From: Candidatus Asbonarchaeum danakilense
GTDB lineage: Archaea; Nanohalarchaeota; Nanosalinia; Nanosalinales; Nanoanaerosalinaceae
Reading direction: 5' to 3'
Assembly: GCA_034190465.1 (NCBI GenBank)
Contig: JAXINV010000051.1
Span: 1-20,380 of the forward strand
DNA length: 20,380 nucleotides
Of the stretch, positions 14,903 through 20,380 are shown piece by piece. Position 1 is the stretch's first letter, and every line of letters starts with the position of its first letter. The notes under the pieces were generated by a model. That model worked only from the letters and a program-made list of their open reading frames with translations, did not search any database and was not told the DNA's origin. Made by a program: the position numbers and the translations under genes.

Positions 14903-17143
14903 TCAGCCAGTCGGCGCGCCGGACACATCGAAGATCTTGATGCCTTCAGGCGTGATGTCGAACGGGAAGATCTCCACATCGTGGTCCGTCCGACGCATCT
15001 TCCGGATCGCCAAGGTCCGCTTGTGGTCCTCCGCGACCGGCACGAACTCCAGCAGTATGACCGTATCCACCAAGAACTCGATGATCCCGCCACCGGACAG
15101 ACCCTCCGACGTCTCCGGGACCGTTCCCGTCAGCAGCGCTGTCACGTCCGCTTCACGGAGCTTGTTCAGCAGCGAGGCCAGCGCCACCCGCGCCATGTAC
15201 TCGTCCCGGATGAACATCTCGATGATCGACACTGAATCGATGATAACGCGTTCCGCACCGATCTCCTCGACCGCCTCCATCACCTGATCCAGCAGGTTGG
15301 AGATGTACGACCGGACCAACCGGTTCAGGTTGTCGATCTCCTTGCTCGGAAAGATCGGCTTGATCGACAGGATCTTGACCAGTCCCTGCTCCTCCAGATC
15401 CTCAAAGCTCCAGCCGAACATGGCCTCGATGTCGGCGCGTATATCCTCCTGGCGCTCCTCGGTCGTCACATACACGCCGGGCTCGCCCTTGTCGGCACCG
15501 CCCTTCAGGAAGTTGGCGCAGAACGCGGTCTTACCCGTCCCTGTCTTCCCGGTGACGAGATTCATCGTGCCCTGAACGAACCCGCCCTGCATCTTCTCGT
15601 CCAGCCCCATCACACCCGTGCTGACACGCTCGACCTGCATGCTGGGCGGCAATTCCTCGGGCTCCTGCTCCTCCTCGGGCTCTTCCGCTTCCTCAGCCCC
15701 CTCAGATCCCTCAGGCTCTTCCACCTCCTCTTCCGGTTCCTCGGTTTCCTCTTTCTTCGACTTGCCGAAGATATGGTCGACGACCGACTTGAGCATGTTC
15801 TCGCCTTCCGGCTCTGCCCCCGCTTCCTCCCGCTCCTTCTCCTCGAACTCACGGACCTTACGCTCGACCTCGCTCTCCGCTTCGCCGGCCGGCTCAGGCT
15901 GACGTCCCTCCGCCTGGATCGGCTCCGTCTCCTGTACAGTCTCGGTCTCCTCGGCGGCCGGTTCCTCCTGTTCCGCCGCTTCCCCAGCCGTCCCGGAAGC
16001 CTCGCCGGACTCCTCCGGTTCAGGAGGCTCCAGCGGCTCTTCAGGCTTCTCGACAGTATCGGGTGTTTCCTCCGTCTCTTCAACCGGTTCAACCCCTCCT
16101 TCTTCTTCCTCGGCCTCAGATTCCTGTGGTTGTTCCTCTTCTTCACCGGCTTCTTCACGTTCCTCTCCCGTCTCACCCTCCGGCGGACGCTCAGGTTGGC
16201 GTTCCTCAGCAGGATGCTCGACAGAAGGTTCCTGCTCCTCGGTCGTCTCCTTCGGCTCGGCAGCCTGCTCCTCTGCGGGATGTTCCTCTTCCGACAGTGT
16301 TTCGGAGGGTTCTTCAGCTTCCTCCGCTTCAGAAGGCTGCTCCGGCCCTTCCGGTTGCCCCGCCGCTGTCTCTTCTGCATTCTCCTCTGTTTCCGTCGGT
16401 CGTTCCTCTGCTTCAGGGCCTTCCTGCGGTCGTTCTTCCTCCGTTCCTCCAGCCTCCTCACCGGCTTCTGGCTCCTCGACAGGAGGCCGCTCTGCTTCGG
16501 GCGGCTGGGACGACGGCTCTTCTTCGGCCTCCGACGGCCTCGCCTCAGCAGGTCGTTCAGCTGATGGCGGTTCCGCGGCCTCGACCTCCTGCGGCTCGCC
16601 CCTGTCGGCTGATTTGAGTTTCTCGTACTCCTCCTTCAACCGTTCAAGTATCTTTTTCTTCTCCTGTTTCTCGCCGGAGAGCTCCTCGTACTCCTCCTCC
16701 AGCTTATCCCACTGCTCCTCGGAGATCTCCTGCTCCGTCAGCTCCTCGACCTCCTCACGGATCTCACGGGGCGCGCCAGCGACCTTCCGCTCCGGCTCCT
16801 CCTCGACCTCGCCTTCCGGCATCGAGAGGATGTTCCCGATAGCCTCCTCGAAGATGATCCCCTGTTCCCGGTCCTCCGTCGTCAGGACGACCTCATCGTC
16901 GGGAGAAACAGTCCTGCCGTTCGCCTGGAACTCGATGGTATAGCTTTCCCCGGGTTCCAGGTGCATGTACTCCAGACCAACGTACAGTGGGCCGACGTAC
17001 ATCTTCACGAACTCGTAGAGCTTCGCGTCCCCGCCGTTACCGATCTCGAACCGGAAGTTGATCATGCCGTCCTCCCGGCTCACAGAAAACTCCTCAACCT
17101 CGAGAGCGGTCGTGGGGCTCAATGCTGGCACCTGGGTTAGCAA
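14903..17143 (-). CDS. KaiC-like / RAD55-family ATPase with long N-terminal extension (beta-rich domain, coiled coil, Glu/Pro-rich low-complexity region)
   Basis: C-terminal ~245 aa (14903-15640): RVSTGVMGLD, GKTGTGKT, TTEE, IIDS, EFLVDTVILL, IRKMRRTDH. The frame is open to 17143; GTG 17131 fits TATA spacing better. Confidence 0.88.
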   Translation of the reverse strand: MLTQVPALSPTTALEVEEFSVSREDGMINFRFEIGNGGDAKLYEFVKMYVGPLYVGLEYMHLEPGESYTIEFQANGRTVSPDDEVVLTTEDREQGIIFEEAIGNILSMPEGEVEEEPERKVAGAPREIREEVEELTEQEISEEQWDKLEEEYEELSGEKQEKKKILERLKEEYEKLKSADRGEPQEVEAAEPPSAERPAEARPSEAEEEPSSQPPEAERPPVEEPEAGEEAGGTEEERPQEGPEAEERPTETEENAEETAAGQPEGPEQPSEAEEAEEPSETLSEEEHPAEEQAAEPKETTEEQEPSVEHPAEERQPERPPEGETGEEREEAGEEEEQPQESEAEEEEGGVEPVEETEETPDTVEKPEEPLEPPEPEESGEASGTAGEAAEQEEPAAEETETVQETEPIQAEGRQPEPAGEAESEVERKVREFEEKEREEAGAEPEGENMLKSVVDHIFGKSKKEETEEPEEEVEEPEGSEGAEEAEEPEEEQEPEELPPSMQVERVSTGVMGLDEKMQGGFVQGTMNLVTGKTGTGKTAFCANFLKGGADKGEPGVYVTTEERQEDIRADIEAMFGWSFEDLEEQGLVKILSIKPIFPSKEIDNLNRLVRSYISNLLDQVMEAVEEIGAERVIIDSVSIIEMFIRDEYMARVALASLLNKLREADVTALLTGTVPETSEGLSGGGIIEFLVDTVILLEFVPVAEDHKRTLAIRKMRRTDHDVEIFPFDITPEGIKIFDVSGAPTG

Positions 17144-17157
17144 TTGCTGTCCTCGGT

Positions 17158-17165
17158 TATTAAAA
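17158..17165 (-). promoter_or_regulatory. Putative TATA box for the extended KaiC-like gene
   Basis: TTTTAATA on the minus strand, about 26 nt upstream of GTG 17131. Confidence 0.55.
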
Positions 17166-17182
17166 TTTCCGCACAGCCCCCG

Positions 17183-20100
17183 CTACTCAGAAGATTCGCG
17201 CTCAGCGACCATCTTGTTCCTCCTAGACTCGATCCACCTGTTGATCTCCCGCACAGCTTTGATCGGAGCCTTGATATAGTTCTCCGCCGTCAGTCTGCTC
17301 TTAATGGCGGTATCAAGCTCCTCCTGCAGTTCATCGCGCTCACTGCGCAGCTCAAGGATCTCATCCTGCCGCTCTGTCATGATATCCATGAACGTGTCCC
17401 GGTCGATCTGGCGCTTGAAGTACTGCCGCTCCGCCTTCTTCCTGGCCTGCGTCGCCGACTCCAGCTTCTCCTTGACAGTCAGGTAGTCGGTCCTGAGCCG
17501 GTAGTACGGTACTGCGACCATCGTCAGCAGGAAGAACAGCGTGTAGATGGCTATGCCACCGAACAGCCACTTCCACCAGTTCTCCAGCACATAGTTCTTG
17601 AAAGCCAGTGCCCGCAACTTGCCTTTGATCTCATTAGCCTTCGTGTCCGCTTGATCAAGGGTATTAGCCAGCACCTGGCGGTCATCCTGTGCTACCGCCT
17701 GTTCCGCGTAGCCTATCAGCTTCTGCAGACGCTGGTAGTCCTGCATCAGTGCCGAGGTATTGATCCCGGATCGTCGATAGTTCCTGATCTGCTGGACGAG
17801 CTGCTGGGCGCGCTGTTTCAGGTTCTCCAGTCGTCGTATGTCCGTGCCCTTCACCACTCGCATCTGTACCGTCTTTTCACGGACCCGGCCTCCGCTGGCG
17901 AACGAGAGTCCTGCGGTATACGAGCCAAGCGACGTATTGAGCGGTACATCCACGTTGATAGTCAGGCTCTTCTCCGACCCAGGTGTCAGCGTCACAGTAT
18001 CGACACGTGTTGACTCGTTACTGATCCATGCAGAACAGCACCGCCGGACCACTGCATCCACATCTATCTGAATCGACTCACTACCGTTGTTGTAGATGGA
18101 GAACGGTGCTTTGCCAACCGAGCCCTGCTCCACACCGGAACCGTCAGGTGGGATCGTGTCAGGGATGAACAGTCCGAAGCTGGCCACGGTCTCCGGCTCG
18201 ATGGAGAACACCACCTCCAGCGTCGCGTTGCCGCCTGTCGACTGCTGGCAGAATACGTTGTACCGGTACGTCCTGCCCGGCTGCGTCGACACCACGGCCC
18301 AGTGCAGCGTGCCGCCGGTCCGGTTGAACCGGTTCATCGCATCGACCCGGACGATGCTGAGCGAGCGGTTCGTGTAGCGGCAGCTCGCGGCCAGGTTCGT
18401 CGAGACCGACAGATTGACCTGCGACGTGTTCGACGGCAGTGAGACCTGCTGCGGCGACTGCTTCTCGATCTGGAACCTGGTGCCGAACCCACCGCCACCA
18501 CCGCCCCCGCCACCGGCACCGGTCCCGCCCGTGCCGGACTCGTTGCCTACGTTGATCGTGATGGCCGGAGCAGCTGAAAGCGGCCCCGAATCCTGGCTCT
18601 CCGTGTTGCCCTGCAGGTCTGAGGCGAACACGCGGATCAGCGCCGAATCATCGTCCTGCGGTGCCGTGAAGTTCTGTACAAACACACCACCGCCAGCAAA
18701 ATTCAGGAATTTGTACTGGCTGGGGCACTGCTCGCACCTGGCGTACATGATACCTTCGACGACTTCACCGTTCGGCCCCGTGATATTGACCCGGAGCCGG
18801 AACTCACTGCCCGGCGCGACCGTATCACCCTGCTCCGGGCTGAGGAACGAGACGTCCAGCAGTCGTGTCACGTTGAACGTGTAGGCCGTCCTTCCGATAT
18901 TTCCCGCCTTCGACACGTTGACATACAGCGTGTACTGCTTCGGTACCTCGGACGCCACCGGGGACGGTGGATCCGAGCGCTTGAACGTGTACTTGAAGAG
19001 GTCCTTGAACCCGTCATCGAACATCGTGACATTCGTCCCCGCCTTGTCCATGACGATCGTCGTGTTGTAGCCGTCGATGACATCGCCGTTCACGTCGCGG
19101 ACCGTGATATCGAAACTTCCCGTGTCCGCCTTCTTAAACAGCTGGCGGGCCGACGTCACGTTGACACTGAACTGCTCCTTGACATCGAACGAGTTCGAAT
19201 GGATCGTATCGTTGTTCAGCGCGATGTCCCACGCCCTGATCCTGTACGTGTAATGCCCCGTCTCACTGGTGTTCGTGAACCTGTACCGGTACGTGCCGCG
19301 GTCGACCTGCTCCATCGCCACCGGCGCCTCCGTGTAGTTCGAACCGTTGACCGGGTGCTGGACGACCAGCGTCAGGTTCTTCACAATCGAATTCTCCTCC
19401 ACCGTTGCGGTGATCGTCACCGGCTGGTTCTTGTTCACCTCGGAGGGTGACTCATCGTAGCTCGTGATGTTCGGCGCCTGCGCGTCCTCACCGACCACCG
19501 TGACGTTGATCGGGACATACAGCTGCTGGTCGCCGTTCGACGCGTTGACAGACAGGTTGAACACCGTCGAGCCAACATCCCTGCCGTTCAGCCCGTACGT
19601 CACACGAGTATCACCCGCCTCGTACGTCACGTTGCCGACATCCCGTCCCGGCGTCGCGTCCTGGAGCTCGATGACCGACGTATTGTTGACCGACGCGTTC
19701 GCCCACACATCGATCAAATCGCCCGTATCCGGCGTGATGCTCCACGACAACTGGTACGGCGAGGCGTCAAGCGGCAGCGTCAGGTGCGTCCCGTTGCCGG
19801 ACAGCGGCTCCGCGGCCAGCTGCCCGAAATCGATAGCGAACAGATTACGGGTCATGTTCGAGACCGTCACACCGGCGGTCACGGAGACGTTGACATCGTA
19901 GCTCCCGGAACGTGATGTGTTACCGTACACGACCGCATATTCGCTCGCCATTTCCGGCTCAAGCTGCATGTCAACCGTCTCGACGTAGGAACGTGGCTTC
20001 GTGATTTTCGCCACCACGTCCGTCGTCCTCGTGATGTTCCCCGAGACATTGACACCGATGACCACGTTGTCATCGATCGAGGTTGACTGTGGCGAGGCAT

Positions 20101-20380
20101 CGATCGTCGTCGACAACCGCCCGACCTCAAACGCTCCAGAGACGTTCGTTACGTTCAGGTTGCCGTACGTATCGTGGACGAACAGCTTCGTCAGGTTGTA
20201 GAATCCCTCGGCCTGCGTGCGGTTGAAGTCAGCTCGCCAGGTGCCGTCGACCGCAGTGCCTGTCAGCCGGTCCATCGTCGCGTTGACCAGGGCGCCTGTC
20301 GCGTTCCGCAGCGTCACGTTGATCGTCTCCACACCCAGGTTGTCACGTGCATCGACCTCTATCGGAACAGTGTCATTGAT
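17183..20380 (-). CDS. Very large membrane-anchored surface glycoprotein (5'-partial, >1065 aa)
   Basis: Frame stays open to the window edge (INDTVPIEVDARDNLGVETI...). Tandem beta-rich Ig-like segments, dense N-x-S/T sequons, Gly linker, coiled coil, TM (WWKWLFGGIAIYTLFFLLTMVAVPYY) and ~105-aa helical cytoplasmic tail. Confidence 0.88.
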   Translation of the reverse strand: MNDTVPIEVDARDNLGVETINVTLRNATGALVNATMDRLTGTAVDGTWRADFNRTQAEGFYNLTKLFVHDTYGNLNVTNVSGAFEVGRLSTTIDASPQSTSIDDNVVIGVNVSGNITRTTDVVAKITKPRSYVETVDMQLEPEMASEYAVVYGNTSRSGSYDVNVSVTAGVTVSNMTRNLFAIDFGQLAAEPLSGNGTHLTLPLDASPYQLSWSITPDTGDLIDVWANASVNNTSVIELQDATPGRDVGNVTYEAGDTRVTYGLNGRDVGSTVFNLSVNASNGDQQLYVPINVTVVGEDAQAPNITSYDESPSEVNKNQPVTITATVEENSIVKNLTLVVQHPVNGSNYTEAPVAMEQVDRGTYRYRFTNTSETGHYTYRIRAWDIALNNDTIHSNSFDVKEQFSVNVTSARQLFKKADTGSFDITVRDVNGDVIDGYNTTIVMDKAGTNVTMFDDGFKDLFKYTFKRSDPPSPVASEVPKQYTLYVNVSKAGNIGRTAYTFNVTRLLDVSFLSPEQGDTVAPGSEFRLRVNITGPNGEVVEGIMYARCEQCPSQYKFLNFAGGGVFVQNFTAPQDDDSALIRVFASDLQGNTESQDSGPLSAAPAITINVGNESGTGGTGAGGGGGGGGGFGTRFQIEKQSPQQVSLPSNTSQVNLSVSTNLAASCRYTNRSLSIVRVDAMNRFNRTGGTLHWAVVSTQPGRTYRYNVFCQQSTGGNATLEVVFSIEPETVASFGLFIPDTIPPDGSGVEQGSVGKAPFSIYNNGSESIQIDVDAVVRRCCSAWISNESTRVDTVTLTPGSEKSLTINVDVPLNTSLGSYTAGLSFASGGRVREKTVQMRVVKGTDIRRLENLKQRAQQLVQQIRNYRRSGINTSALMQDYQRLQKLIGYAEQAVAQDDRQVLANTLDQADTKANEIKGKLRALAFKNYVLENWWKWLFGGIAIYTLFFLLTMVAVPYYRLRTDYLTVKEKLESATQARKKAERQYFKRQIDRDTFMDIMTERQDEILELRSERDELQEELDTAIKSRLTAENYIKAPIKAVREINRWIESRRNKMVAERESSE

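Noticed and set aside
15610..16943. Arg-rich or Leu/Phe-rich ORFs, or a DNA tandem repeat, in the low-complexity tract
   Set aside because: They are alternative frames of Glu codon runs. No discrete repeat unit was seen.
14165..17143. Circadian clock (kaiABC)
   Set aside because: Single-domain KaiC-like proteins without the S/T phosphosites, and no kaiA or kaiB in the window.
20330..20332. GTG 20332 as the start of the surface protein
   Set aside because: The frame stays open to the window edge and no signal peptide follows, so the gene is 5'-truncated by the window.

Overview
GC-rich window from a halophilic archaeon. It has acidic cytoplasmic proteins, archaeal TATA boxes about 25-30 nt upstream of starts, a BHB tRNA intron and Sec61beta. 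Compact packing, no 5S gene after the 23S gene and divergent rRNA suggest a DPANN/Nanohaloarchaeota-like lineage (inference). Order: 3' end of 23S rRNA; acidic hypothetical gene; RNase P RNA; Sec61beta/SecG (absent from the ORF track); tRNA-Arg(UCU) with a 149-nt intron, followed by a hairpin and a duplicate of its own 3' end; two half-size RND/MMPL genes, a COG1361-type surface protein and DUF2892; an arsR-thioredoxin-ArsP-like cassette; an HTH regulator; a small hypothetical gene; a ureohydrolase; an ACT-domain protein divergent from argG-argH-argS; a THEP1-type NTPase; two convergent KaiC/RAD55-like ATPases, one with a ~500-aa mostly acidic N-terminal extension; and the 3' part of a very large membrane-anchored surface glycoprotein that runs off the window end. 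No CRISPR array, integrase or transposase was seen. All calls come from motif recognition, with no database searches.
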